Origin: Candidatus Latescibacterota bacterium
GTDB taxonomy: Bacteria; Latescibacterota; UBA2968
NCBI GenBank assembly: GCA_965207885.1
Contig: OZ242311.1
Location: 5,184,001-5,248,000 of the forward strand
DNA: 64,000 nucleotides
Reading direction: 5' to 3'
In this document: piece by piece, positions 1 to 10,238 of the stretch
Position numbering within the stretch: position 1 is the first letter of the stretch
How the letters are laid out: every line of letters begins with the position of its first letter
Notes under the pieces: generated by a model
The model's database searches: none
What the model saw: the letters and a program-made list of their open reading frames with translations, nothing else
Told to the model about the DNA's origin: nothing
Translations under genes and position numbers: made by a program

Positions 1-763
1 GGCTTTTTCAACCGATGCACCACGCGGTACTCATCCCACACCTCGTCATCGTGCAAAAACGCAAGCCGCATATCTCGCTCGGGGCAACCCTTAGCACTCA
101 CAGAAAGATAGAGCGCGTCCCCCATCGGAGATAGTCCCGTAACGCGCTGCCCCCACTCATTGATCACGATATCGCCATCGTATTCTTCATTATACGCCAC
201 AACCCGATCTTCCCACGGATGATTCATCTCATTCGTAATTGGTGGACGCCGGAACATCCGCTTCACAAACTGCCAGTGATCCCTGTGTGCATCGTACCGC
301 CACAACTCGGACCACGGCCAAACGCCCACATAGAGATCCCCACCGTAAAACCCTGTTGTTTGCGCCTCTCGCGCCCTATCCGACACACCCGGCATCACAG
401 GCGGCCAATCCTTCAGATGGCGAACCTCCTCCCCATCGTAAATAAACAAATTACCCGTTGGATACTGCGCCATCAACAGCTTATCATACCAATTCAACAT
501 CGAATAAAGCTGAAAACTCACCCCCTCCAATGATGCGCGCAACACCTTCCACCTCGACCCGTCAAACGCATATATCCCGCCCATATTGGACGAATTTACA
601 ATCTCATTCCCAAGCTGCCCAATGGCAAACGGCGTCTCCCGATCATACTTCAGATCGAGCACCACCGCTTTCTCCAGATCAACCGCCCCATCTCCCGGCA
701 CATAGGGCACTGCGTACAATCTCGTGTACGGCTGTTCCACCTCCTCATTCTTATAGAAAAACG
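1..763 (-). pseudogene. 3' portion of IS-interrupted secreted protein gene (continues off left edge)
   Basis: Removing the IS and one TSD copy joins ...YALGYLTFF to YKNEEVEQPYTRLYAVPYVPGDGAVDLEKAVVLDLKYDRETPFAIGQLGNEIVNSSNMGGIYAFDGSRWKVL... in frame; no stop found in the part translated by hand (down to ~420). Confidence 0.85.
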
Positions 764-1960
764 TAAAGTACACGACAAAAAATAAAAGACCTGTGCAAAA
801 CGTGAAAAAGAGTTAGGTTTGAATGTGTGAAAACGAACCTTCTCATCTCAACAAGGCACAGGTCTATGTCTCGTCAAGTTATACAACTTCACCATGTATT
901 GCAAGGCCATTTTGGGTGGCATAAAGCACGCATCACTTTCACAGCGGCCTTCATCTTGTCTTTGGTCAAGCTGAGCAGGGTCAACTTCGCCAAATTGGCT
1001 AATGCGCTAAATGGACAGGTCAAACCGCAATCAAATTACCGCAGGATACAGCGTTTTTTCGCTGAGTTTGACATTCCTTATGAAGCCGTGACGCGACTGA
1101 TCTTGCACTTATTACCTATAAAGACCGATTTTGCAGTCTCAATAGATCGCACTAATTGGAAGTTAGGCAAATTCAATATCAACATCCTAACCGCAGGCAT
1201 TATCTATGAAGGGGTCGCCTTTCCTATGTGTTGGCACTTGTTAAAAAAACGAGGCAATTCCAATAGTGATGAGCGTATCAATTTGATGAAACAGGTGCTT
1301 ACGCGCATTCCCAAGTCTCATATCCGCGTTGTATTGGCAGATAGAGAATTCATTGGAAGAGAATGGTTTGCGTGGTTAGACACACAAAACATCCCTTTTG
1401 TCATCCGCATCAAGGAAAATGCCCTTGTCTCAAGGGCAGATAGAGAGATACCCATAAAAAAACTCTTTGAAAATTTGCACATCCATCAGCAGGTCAGCCT
1501 ACAAAGACCTCGCCGCGTTTATGACCTACCTGTGTATGTGTCTGCGCTAAGATTGAAGGATCAATACCTCATTCTTGCAAGCAACCAACAACGTCAAGTC
1601 GCATTGGAGGTGTATAAAAAACGTTGGGGCATTGAAGTCCTTTTTGCAAATTTGAAAAGTCGAGGATTTAATCTGGAAGAGACCCACCTTATACATCAAG
1701 ATCGCATTGAAAAACTCATCGCGCTTTTGGCTATTGCCTGCACCTGGGCCCATATCATCGGCGAATGGATCGCCCTTACAAAACCTTTGAAGGTCAAAAA
1801 CCACGGACGGATGGAAAAAAGTCTCTTCCGATATGGGTTGGACTATTTGCAGTATGTCCTGCTCAATATACACCAACAAGCCCAGCAGTTCCTCAAATGC
1901 ATTCGTTTACTGATTAATCCGCCAGATTTTAACCCGATTTAGGTTTTGTCGTGTACTATG
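764..1960 (+). mobile_element. IS4-family (IS10-like) insertion sequence, 1197 bp
   Basis: Left IR TAAAGTACACGACAAAA (764-780), right IR TTTTGTCGTGTACTATG (1944-1960; revcomp CATAGTACACGACAAAA); 9-bp direct repeat AGAAAAACG at 755-763 and 1961-1969; single transposase inside. Confidence 0.93.
866..1942 (+). CDS. IS4-family DDE transposase
   Basis: SIDRTNW (D), LADREF (D), YKKRWGIEVLFANLKSRGFNLE (YREK motif with catalytic E); ATG 866 preferred over GTG 827. Confidence 0.93.
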   Translation: MSRQVIQLHHVLQGHFGWHKARITFTAAFILSLVKLSRVNFAKLANALNGQVKPQSNYRRIQRFFAEFDIPYEAVTRLILHLLPIKTDFAVSIDRTNWKLGKFNINILTAGIIYEGVAFPMCWHLLKKRGNSNSDERINLMKQVLTRIPKSHIRVVLADREFIGREWFAWLDTQNIPFVIRIKENALVSRADREIPIKKLFENLHIHQQVSLQRPRRVYDLPVYVSALRLKDQYLILASNQQRQVALEVYKKRWGIEVLFANLKSRGFNLEETHLIHQDRIEKLIALLAIACTWAHIIGEWIALTKPLKVKNHGRMEKSLFRYGLDYLQYVLLNIHQQAQQFLKCIRLLINPPDFNPI

Positions 1961-2528
1961 AGAAAAACGTCAAATACCCCAGCGCATAATAAAAATGATG
2001 GTAATATCCAGACACCGGTTTGGCGAGAACCCGCTCCCCATCATACCACGCCTCACCCCTCTTAAACTGAAGCACCTTCCCCCCAACCCGCATCTTGCCC
2101 TCCCCGCTCACCGTCTCACCCACGCCAAAACTCTCATCCACCTGCCAGGCACCTGCTACATCGTCCCACGCTCTCGCAGTCCGGTCCTGATGGTAGCTAC
2201 ACGCGTACACCCGACCATCCAGATCGAACAAATAACTCCCCCCATCCTCCGTCGAGGCTGGCAATGTCTCAAATTTCATCTCTGCTTCATCATCCCGCAC
2301 AAAAAACTGCAACGTATATCGATCCATGCGAAACGCCGTATTATACACACCTGTAAACCCCGCACCCAAAACCACGCGACCCTCTGCATCTCGCGCCTCA
2401 AACAGCGTACCCCAGTTCTGCCCCACATCTTTGCCAAAATCAATCGTCGTCGCAATCTGCATCAATATTCTCTCCTCAGCCTGCCCACACAGGGGCCACA
2501 GCAACAATACTATTAAAAACCATCTCAT
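1961..2528 (-). pseudogene. 5' portion of IS-interrupted secreted protein
   Basis: Signal peptide MRWFLIVLLLWPLCGQA at ATG 2528; frame runs into the IS right IR and stops at 1956. Confidence 0.85.
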
Positions 2529-2530
2529 CT

Positions 2531-3796
2531 TCACCCATCCCAAATCGGTGCATCTTGCGCCTGCAACTGGGTCCAAAGCCTGTCAAATTCCTCGCTCCCA
2601 TCGTCCTCCCACTCATCCAGACGCACGCCCGGCGCAAACGACTCATCCACCCCCTGTTTCATCAGCCGCTCTGCCTGTTGCAAATTTTTATAAAAATGTT
2701 TGATACCACCCGGCAGCGTCACCACCGAAACATGTCGGGGCCATTCCACAGCAGGAGTCTCCAGGTACTTCGCCACGGCATCCTCATCCAACGCCACACC
2801 CAGACCAGGTCCCTCTGGAACCTTCATAAACCCGCGCTGCACCGAATGTGCATCCACAATCAAATCGTCCTCATAAGAATGGCTCGCCGTCACCCCCGGC
2901 AGCGTCGCTGTCGGCATCACTGCGCCCAACTGAAGCGCAAACGCCGTCGTAATTCCCGTTCCCACATACTGCAACAAAATCGGCGTATTCGCCGCTGCAA
3001 AAGTCCAGGCCGACGCCAGTGCATCCCGCACACACTCGTGGCTGCAAAGCGCCCCATCAAAATCGCCCGCTCGAAGACCTGTCCACGGTCCCGACGGCTG
3101 CCGCGACGCCGCCTCACACAGCACCCGCACCCCGTGCAGATAGAACGGTATTCGAATCGCCTCATGTAGCCTGCGCCACCCTTCAACATCATACGCAAAA
3201 ATTGGCTCCTCAACCCCCTTCACCACCGGAATCTTTTCCAACTCCCGCAACACTGGCAACGCTTTCTCCACACAAATCAGCGCCCCGTTAAAATCGAACT
3301 CCACCCGAAGATCTACCGGCGCAACATCCTGGATCGCCTGCGCGCATGCCACCACATCGTAAAACGCCCGCGCCTTGCACTTCAACCCCCGGAATCCCCG
3401 CTCTGCCGCCACCTGCACCTCCGCCGCTGTATCCTCCACCGACATACACGGCATCCACCACCCCATAGACACCCACTGACGCACCTGCTGCCCCATCAGC
3501 TTCCACGCCGGCAATCCCAGATGCTTGCCCATCAAATCATAGCACGCCATATCCAGATTAAACCGCCCCTGCCCCATCACCTGGTCAAATGGATCCGTCC
3601 CGATATAGGCATCCAGCATCTCCTGACCGAACGGCGAACCCACATTCTCCCCCAACCCTATCAACCCCGTATCCGTATGAAACTTATACACCGTCACCTC
3701 TTCCCGCATCGCAAAATGATAATACGCCTTCCGGATACGCGCCTCATACGGGACCCGAAGCGGAATCACCTCGATCTCTGTAATCTTCATCGCCAT
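2531..3796 (-). CDS. Mandelate racemase/muconate lactonizing enzyme family (enolase superfamily)
   Basis: MKITEIEVIP start, TDTGLIGLGE, LDMACYDLMGKHLGLP, KCK, DFNG, VEEP, VPEGPGLGV. Confidence 0.85.
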   Translation of the reverse strand: MAMKITEIEVIPLRVPYEARIRKAYYHFAMREEVTVYKFHTDTGLIGLGENVGSPFGQEMLDAYIGTDPFDQVMGQGRFNLDMACYDLMGKHLGLPAWKLMGQQVRQWVSMGWWMPCMSVEDTAAEVQVAAERGFRGLKCKARAFYDVVACAQAIQDVAPVDLRVEFDFNGALICVEKALPVLRELEKIPVVKGVEEPIFAYDVEGWRRLHEAIRIPFYLHGVRVLCEAASRQPSGPWTGLRAGDFDGALCSHECVRDALASAWTFAAANTPILLQYVGTGITTAFALQLGAVMPTATLPGVTASHSYEDDLIVDAHSVQRGFMKVPEGPGLGVALDEDAVAKYLETPAVEWPRHVSVVTLPGGIKHFYKNLQQAERLMKQGVDESFAPGVRLDEWEDDGSEEFDRLWTQLQAQDAPIWDG

Positions 3797-3819
3797 CCTC
3801 CTTAATCAATGACGCGCAC

Positions 3820-4875
3820 TCACCAACCCTCCCGTCCCACGTACAGTTCTCGGTTCTCCATTGGCAAACTTACCCGCACGCCGCCCAATCTATGCGACTC
3901 AATAAACCCCATCACCATCTCCTGGCTCCGTCGCGCCAGATGAACCGGACCCTTTGTCTCCCGCCCTGTATCCAGCGCCTCCGCGATATCCCGAATCCCA
4001 TTCACCGTACCACTCTCGCACGGAACCTCTGGAAATGCCTGCTCCTCCAGCACATACCGCACGTCGCTTGCCTTTCGAAACTGATAGGCAAGCGCATTAT
4101 TAAACGTTCTCAACTTTCCCTCCGAACCACAAATCTCAAACTCTGAGCCACTGCCCGCCGTTGTATATCCGTGAACCCCATTGGCAAACCGAACGTACCC
4201 GCTGGCTATGCCCGGATCCACATTCAGGCGGTTGCCCTCCCAATCCTCATCCTCACACACAATGGTTCCCTGCACGTACTCAACCTCGGCATCTCCGGCT
4301 AATAACAACATCATATCCGCCCCATGGGTTAACCCCCACAACGCCGCTGTCACCCCATCCTGCACAATGACAGCCTGCACCGTACCCAATTCCCCGGCAT
4401 CCGCCAGTTCCCGCATCTTCCGATAAACCGGAATATATCGCCGCTGCGTACCGTAATTGAACTTCACGCCGTACTTCTCAACCGCTGCTACCATCGCGTC
4501 TGCCTCTGCCATCGAACAGCACAACGGCTTCTCGCAATAAATCCCCTTCACCCCATGTTCGGCTGCAAAAACCGTTATCTCTGAATGGGTCGCTGGACGA
4601 GTCGCGATACACACGATATCCGGCTTTTCTTCCTCAATCATCTCCCGATAATCCGTATAACAAACCGCAACCTCGTACCGCTGGCGAATCGCCTCTGCCT
4701 TGTCTGCTATCACATCCGAAACCGCTACGAGCTCCGTCCGCTCACACGCCACAGCCGCTGCTGCATGTGAATACGGGAGCCACAGATGACGGTCGGGACG
4801 ATCCTGCACCTCATCATCAATCGTCGCCCCCATCCTGCCGCATCCGATTAACACGGCTCTATATCGCTTCGCCAT
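3820..4875 (-). CDS. Gfo/Idh/MocA family oxidoreductase
   Basis: IGCGRMG Rossmann motif, CEKP motif, PDIVCIATRPATH. Confidence 0.9.
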   Translation of the reverse strand: MAKRYRAVLIGCGRMGATIDDEVQDRPDRHLWLPYSHAAAAVACERTELVAVSDVIADKAEAIRQRYEVAVCYTDYREMIEEEKPDIVCIATRPATHSEITVFAAEHGVKGIYCEKPLCCSMAEADAMVAAVEKYGVKFNYGTQRRYIPVYRKMRELADAGELGTVQAVIVQDGVTAALWGLTHGADMMLLLAGDAEVEYVQGTIVCEDEDWEGNRLNVDPGIASGYVRFANGVHGYTTAGSGSEFEICGSEGKLRTFNNALAYQFRKASDVRYVLEEQAFPEVPCESGTVNGIRDIAEALDTGRETKGPVHLARRSQEMVMGFIESHRLGGVRVSLPMENRELYVGREGW

Positions 4876-5009
4876 TGTCTCAATCCTCTCTTTCGGTTTA
4901 TAGTTCGACCTCCGTGACCTCCATCGCCATCCTCACTTGAATTTCAAAAAAATTGTCGTATATATAACAACCCATTGCCCAATCTTCGACTCTCACGAAA
5001 GGTCTCCCC

Positions 5010-5948
5010 ATGCCCCAGCGCCTCGTCTATTTCAACGGAACCTTCGTTCCCGAACGCAAAGCCCGTATCTCCATCTTCGACTCCGCCCTGATGTTTGGAG
5101 ACATGGTATTTGAAATGACCCGCTCCTTCAAGCAAAAACCCTACTGCCTTCGCAACCACCTGAAACGCCTGTACGCCTCCATGAAATACGCCGAAATCGA
5201 CTGCGGCCTCAGCATCGACCAGATGGAAGACGCCACGCACAAAACCATAAAAAAAAATCTGCCCGCCCTGGAAAATCTGGACTTTCAGATCATGCACAAC
5301 GTCACCCGGGGTGCCCTGGGTTTTTACGACACCCTCGTCACAGAAGGTGCCAGCCCCATCGTCACCATCAACGTCATCCCGCTCGTGCGCCACATTGGAG
5401 GCAGTGCCCACTATTACGAACAAGGCACTCACTTTGTCATCACGCCTCAGCAATCCGTACCCGCCCGGTACATTGACCCCAAAGCCAAAAACCGCAGCCG
5501 CATCTACTACCAGATTGCCAACCTCCAGGCTCAACGCATGGACAAAGGTGCCAACGCCCTCCTCACCGACGAACGCGGCTTTATCACCGAAGGCACTGGC
5601 ACCAATTTCTTCATCGCCCGCAATGGCGAAATCCACACACCCAACCCACACGATATCCTGCGCGGCGTCTCCCGGCAGGTCTGCATGGACCTCGCCGCAA
5701 GACTGAACATCCCCGTCTATGAGACCGACATCGAACCCTACGATGTGCGAGAAGCCGACGAAGCCTGGTACACTTCAACCACCATCTGTATGGTACCCAT
5801 CACTCGCTTTAACTTCCAACCTGTCGGCACCGGCAAACCCGGCCCCATCTATCAACAGCTTCTCGCAGCCTGGTCCGCAGAAGTCGGCGTAGATATCCCC
5901 GCCCAGGCCCGGGACTACGCCGAACGCGCCAAAACCTGGACCCCCTGA
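5010..5948 (+). CDS. Class IV PLP aminotransferase (BCAT/D-amino-acid AT/ADC lyase-like)
   Basis: ISIFDSALMFGDMVFE, HLKRL, KAKNRS, ITEGTGTNFF, ILRGVSR. Confidence 0.88.
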   Translation: MPQRLVYFNGTFVPERKARISIFDSALMFGDMVFEMTRSFKQKPYCLRNHLKRLYASMKYAEIDCGLSIDQMEDATHKTIKKNLPALENLDFQIMHNVTRGALGFYDTLVTEGASPIVTINVIPLVRHIGGSAHYYEQGTHFVITPQQSVPARYIDPKAKNRSRIYYQIANLQAQRMDKGANALLTDERGFITEGTGTNFFIARNGEIHTPNPHDILRGVSRQVCMDLAARLNIPVYETDIEPYDVREADEAWYTSTTICMVPITRFNFQPVGTGKPGPIYQQLLAAWSAEVGVDIPAQARDYAERAKTWTP

Positions 5949-5955
5949 AAAAACA

Positions 5956-7002
5956 CTACACCGCATAAGCCGTCCACGTTCCCGTGCAACCCAATCCCCG
6001 CCGAACGTGAAGCAATCCCTTTGCGGGTTCGGCAATATAACCCGAAATAGAAAACATATCTACAGCACCGTGGCGGCATATCGCTGCGGGATCGCCATCG
6101 TGATCCGAGAGAATGACCTTCATCGTATCCACCGTGATATCGCCCCAGTGTTCTTTGACCAGATCGCGCATCCTATCGCGTCGAGGGCAGGAATCCGCAA
6201 GACTATTGGTTTCGCAGGGTGCAAATTCGGGCGTGAGATAGTGATTGGCGTGAACAATCGCATCGGGATGTGTATCGGTAAATTGCATCACACCTTCGGG
6301 ACGGATTTCGAGATCGGCAATCTGCCCATCGCCAAAACAAAAAACCATATTTCCAGCCGAACAGGTAGTATGCTGTCTGAGAATCCGAAGACAGGTATCC
6401 AGACCCTTCTGCTCGAGCATAATGCGTTTGAGCGGATAGTGAGGCAAGCCCATCTGCCAGGGACAATCGTAGAGCGCATTGGCAAAATGAGCCAGACCGT
6501 ACTGATTCATACCCGAATAACCCAATTGTCCCGCAAAAGTGAAGAGCAATGCTCTGGGCCGACCATCAGAAGGACAGACATGCAAAAGAATGGCGACATC
6601 GGCGTATTCGACCGCGAGATCCTGATTTTGACCGGCCAGGGGATACCCATCGGCAGTCGCAGAGCCAGTAAGCGCGAACGCCGTACACCCCTCGGGCGGA
6701 ACACTGGCGGCCTCGCCCCGCGCCTGACACAAGAGAGCTTCATCAAAAGAAATATCCGCACCATCGGCAAGCCCGTGAATCTCTTCCATAAGCAACGGAC
6801 TCAGCTTTTCAATTAAGGGATAAAAAGCACGCGCATTCTGGCAGAGTTCATCGCGAGATTTGCCTGTAAGTTTATCAATCCACACGAGATATTTGTGAAC
6901 GAGATCTGCGGCCTGTTTGCCGTGTTGATAACCCATATCGTACGCCGTACCAGAAACTTCGATAAAGGGAAACGCATGACCGGTTATCGCAGTATTATCC
7001 AT
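5956..7002 (-). CDS. C45 family Ntn-hydrolase (acyl-CoA:6-APA acyltransferase-like)
   Basis: YDMGYQHG, EG|CTAF autocleavage site, GQNQD, GMNQYGL, HANHY. Confidence 0.87.
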   Translation of the reverse strand: MDNTAITGHAFPFIEVSGTAYDMGYQHGKQAADLVHKYLVWIDKLTGKSRDELCQNARAFYPLIEKLSPLLMEEIHGLADGADISFDEALLCQARGEAASVPPEGCTAFALTGSATADGYPLAGQNQDLAVEYADVAILLHVCPSDGRPRALLFTFAGQLGYSGMNQYGLAHFANALYDCPWQMGLPHYPLKRIMLEQKGLDTCLRILRQHTTCSAGNMVFCFGDGQIADLEIRPEGVMQFTDTHPDAIVHANHYLTPEFAPCETNSLADSCPRRDRMRDLVKEHWGDITVDTMKVILSDHDGDPAAICRHGAVDMFSISGYIAEPAKGLLHVRRGLGCTGTWTAYAV

Positions 7003-8536
7003 GGGATAACCCTTCGCGGTTCATCCACAGGCGCATAATCGTCGGCGCCTCGCGGAGGAGATGAAGGTAAACGTTCCCCGTTTGGCGTCGCCTGGCGAGA
7101 TGTTTTTTGCCAAAGGGTTTGAGATTGAATTTGCCAGCGTTTTGCTCGACGGCTTTTTTCTTATTATTGACCGCAATGGTGAGAACGTGTTCCTGCACCT
7201 GATTTTCCTCAGCAGCGTCGAGGTCCAGCGCGCGCAAAGACCAGAGAGATTTCTCACCCGAGGCACAACGTCTGGTATAAGACCCCGCACAGTGATGCAT
7301 AATGCGTCCCTCGGCGTAGAGTTGCTGCGAGGTGATAAGTTCGTGAACTGTCCACTGGACATTGCGTTTGAGCTTGGGATCCAGCGCAACGTGTTCAAAT
7401 TCTCTAAAACCAGAGGGCTTCCAGATTTCCAACTCGACATCTTCCAAACCCGTAAGCTCTTGATGCCACACATCGACCTGGCGGAGAAGCTTATTGATAC
7501 TGCGGCCCTTCATACAAAAATTGGGATGTGGCGGCGGACCTTCGATCTCCGTGCCATCGGGTTGCGGCATGCGCTGAGGCGTGAATTTTTGATTGCGGAT
7601 ATAGTCGATAATGGGATTGATATAGCTGCGTTCGAGAAAAGCCTGATTGGCGAGAAAATGGACAACAGTCTCCCAAAAATCTTCGTTCTCGAATCCTTCC
7701 CCCAGAGGTCCATGGGCAATTTCCCAGGCACTTTTCGGGTTGCCGCCATAAGCTACGTACTGAACCTTGCGAAGGCACTGAACAACGGTGTGATAACTGC
7801 GTTTTTCTTGCAAAAGCAAATGCGCCATGCGCTTTGTAATCCGCATAGGCACACCGGCTGTGCGGATATTTTGCCCCATGCCAACGTGAATGAACCACGC
7901 TTGTTCCTGTCGCGCCTGTGGTGTGCTGCCCTGTAAAAATGCCGTATCAAAAAATGCGGGCACATCGTATTGTGCCAGAAGATGACGCGCAAGGCTGTAG
8001 AATTGATGCGCTGGTTTATAGCTATTAGGTCGCCAATCCTCAACGGGCCGAATCCAATCTGTGTGATTGCGAGCGAGTTGTTCAAGAGCGGCAATATAGG
8101 TATTGACAACCGTATGACCAAAACGCTTGCAGGCGCGTGCGGGCCGCATCAAATCGCCGTATTTTTCAACGTGCAGAACGAGGCCCCCCAGTGCTTGTTG
8201 CGCGTCGGGATCACCGTCGAGATTATTGTAAATCGCGCGAATGCGAAAGAGCAAATCAGAGACAGTCTCATCCTGAAGCTCGCCTTTGAAGATCCGGGCG
8301 ATAAATTTGGCGCGGTGGGCATTGTGTCTCGGGCTAACATCGGGATCGCGCTGCTCAACCTCGCGTTGAAGAAGATCAATCTCTGCCTGACGCTGAGCAG
8401 CAGATTTATCCAGACCAGTATCCAGCCCATTGCGATAACACCAGAGTTTATAAGCGAGCACCCTGTCAAAGCCGAGCGCTTTAAAATGAGATTCGAGATC
8501 GGGTTTATCGGGTTTATCGAGAAGAATATTTGACAT
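6995..8536 (-). CDS. PcfJ-like domain protein
   Basis: C-terminal QLYAEGRIMHHCAGSY...SLWSLR...LTIAV matches the PcfJ EGxxMxHCVxxY motif; overlaps next gene by 8 nt. Confidence 0.75.
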   Translation of the reverse strand: MSNILLDKPDKPDLESHFKALGFDRVLAYKLWCYRNGLDTGLDKSAAQRQAEIDLLQREVEQRDPDVSPRHNAHRAKFIARIFKGELQDETVSDLLFRIRAIYNNLDGDPDAQQALGGLVLHVEKYGDLMRPARACKRFGHTVVNTYIAALEQLARNHTDWIRPVEDWRPNSYKPAHQFYSLARHLLAQYDVPAFFDTAFLQGSTPQARQEQAWFIHVGMGQNIRTAGVPMRITKRMAHLLLQEKRSYHTVVQCLRKVQYVAYGGNPKSAWEIAHGPLGEGFENEDFWETVVHFLANQAFLERSYINPIIDYIRNQKFTPQRMPQPDGTEIEGPPPHPNFCMKGRSINKLLRQVDVWHQELTGLEDVELEIWKPSGFREFEHVALDPKLKRNVQWTVHELITSQQLYAEGRIMHHCAGSYTRRCASGEKSLWSLRALDLDAAEENQVQEHVLTIAVNNKKKAVEQNAGKFNLKPFGKKHLARRRQTGNVYLHLLREAPTIMRLWMNREGLSHG

Positions 8537-8626
8537 CGCACAATCCTGTTATTTAGAGCTATAGAGGTCTTAATTTCACTACATACAAAGACAAAACGCT
8601 CCGCAATGAGGTTTCATCGTAAAAAA

Positions 8627-9424
8627 TCAAAACCCTCGCAAAACCGTGCTCTCTCTGCGGGGCAATCCCTCTTTTGGCGCGCGTTTTAACACGACGTATT
8701 CCAGACCGTGTTCCTCGCAAAAAACTCTCTTCTCCGGCTTATCGCCATCTTCATTCACCGCATAAATATCCGGTTTAATAACCGCAATCTCCGGCGCGGC
8801 ATCCATCCATCCATCGCCAGAGGAAATAAGCCCCTGTTTGACAAAGCAAACGGATTGCACCACATATCGGCGTTCGTCTTCACCGAACATCGGATGATGT
8901 TCGCCCTTGAGCAGACGGACATTTGCATCGTGCCCCACAACAACGTACAAATCGCCCAACTCCGACACCTCTTCAAAAAATCGGACATGCCCTGAATGAA
9001 ACCAGTCAAAACACCCCGTAACAATCACTTTTTTATTATTCGCATCCCCACCCGCTGTCTCCCCTATCGGAAACCCCCTCACATCGTCTGCGGTCAAAAC
9101 GCGATATGCGATATTGTGCGCCTCGCAAAAATGTCGTCTCTGCGACGTATCGTCTCGTTCATCCACCACCCACATATCGGCCTGGACCGCATCGGGAAGA
9201 CCGTCTTTATCCACCAACTCCGTAATAAGCGTGGCGCAATCCACATAGCGAATCGCATCCATCATATACATGCGTTCTTCTTCCGGAAATTTAGGTCGCC
9301 CCTCAATGGCATCATCCCCCCATACCAGCGCGTGAAGATAGCCATATCGGGAAGCCTCCTGCAAAAAACGGATATCGCGCGCCCTCATATCGTCAAAACT
9401 GCCTGAAACAATGACCGTCTTCAT
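8627..9424 (-). CDS. Tandem-domain cytidylyltransferase-like nucleotidyltransferase
   Basis: Two CTP_transf_like repeats: GSFDDMRARD (degenerate) and GCFDWFHSGH (intact HxGH); C-terminal RREST. Confidence 0.85.
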   Translation of the reverse strand: MKTVIVSGSFDDMRARDIRFLQEASRYGYLHALVWGDDAIEGRPKFPEEERMYMMDAIRYVDCATLITELVDKDGLPDAVQADMWVVDERDDTSQRRHFCEAHNIAYRVLTADDVRGFPIGETAGGDANNKKVIVTGCFDWFHSGHVRFFEEVSELGDLYVVVGHDANVRLLKGEHHPMFGEDERRYVVQSVCFVKQGLISSGDGWMDAAPEIAVIKPDIYAVNEDGDKPEKRVFCEEHGLEYVVLKRAPKEGLPRRESTVLRGF

Positions 9425-9430
9425 AATCAC

Positions 9431-10222
9431 TTACCCTTTGTCATATCGGACATCCACGCGAAGAGCGCCCGGCACGGGCTCTTCAGACACAACGTAAATA
9501 TACCCACCGCCACACCCCGAAAACATCGCCCCGACATATCTCGACTGATAATATTCCAAAATACCCATCAAATCAATCCGAATAGTCGGATGACGCACCG
9601 TATGAGGCAAAAGAGTCTCCCAACACACCATACACTCATTCAGAGACGCGCCCAAACCCCGGATATCCCTGGCAATAATCGCATCATAACAATCCTTGCC
9701 CGACTGACTCAATCTATCAATCCATATCGGATCTAAATTCTTCTCACCCAACGGCTCATAGCCATCGGGACGCGGCGCAACCGGAACCATATAGACCACA
9801 TCCTCGAGCCAACGCGCGACAGCGGAATCGTTATTGGACTCGATATGAACCGGAAAATACCCCCCCTCGTACTCGCAATCGTAGTCGAGCCTGCTCACGC
9901 CCGGATAAAGCAACCCGACCATATCCTGTGACCCCGACGGCTCGGCCTTGCCCTCATTTTCCACCGTGTACAATTCCTTCACCAGATCAGACGGCGCGCG
10001 ATCGGGAAACGTAGAACCCCAGAGCTTCATCGCAACATCTCGCGTACTCGTCGCCATACCGCAGCGATTCATAAAACGACTGGTCGGCTCGAGCGAAACC
10101 ACAACCATAGACCCGGGAGGCGATGGATTGTACTGAGACAAAAAAGGCTGATCAATCCACCCACCGGCAAAAGCCATGCGAAAGGGAATACTGCCAATAA
10201 CGCTCGTAATATCTTTGCCCAT
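9431..10222 (-). CDS. GHMP-superfamily sugar kinase-like protein
   Basis: PFRMAFAGGWIDQP, CGMATST, SGSQD, FSGCGGGY (HddA/galactokinase-like motifs). Confidence 0.75.
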   Translation of the reverse strand: MGKDITSVIGSIPFRMAFAGGWIDQPFLSQYNPSPPGSMVVVSLEPTSRFMNRCGMATSTRDVAMKLWGSTFPDRAPSDLVKELYTVENEGKAEPSGSQDMVGLLYPGVSRLDYDCEYEGGYFPVHIESNNDSAVARWLEDVVYMVPVAPRPDGYEPLGEKNLDPIWIDRLSQSGKDCYDAIIARDIRGLGASLNECMVCWETLLPHTVRHPTIRIDLMGILEYYQSRYVGAMFSGCGGGYIYVVSEEPVPGALRVDVRYDKG

Positions 10223-10238
10223 ATAATAAATACCCTGC

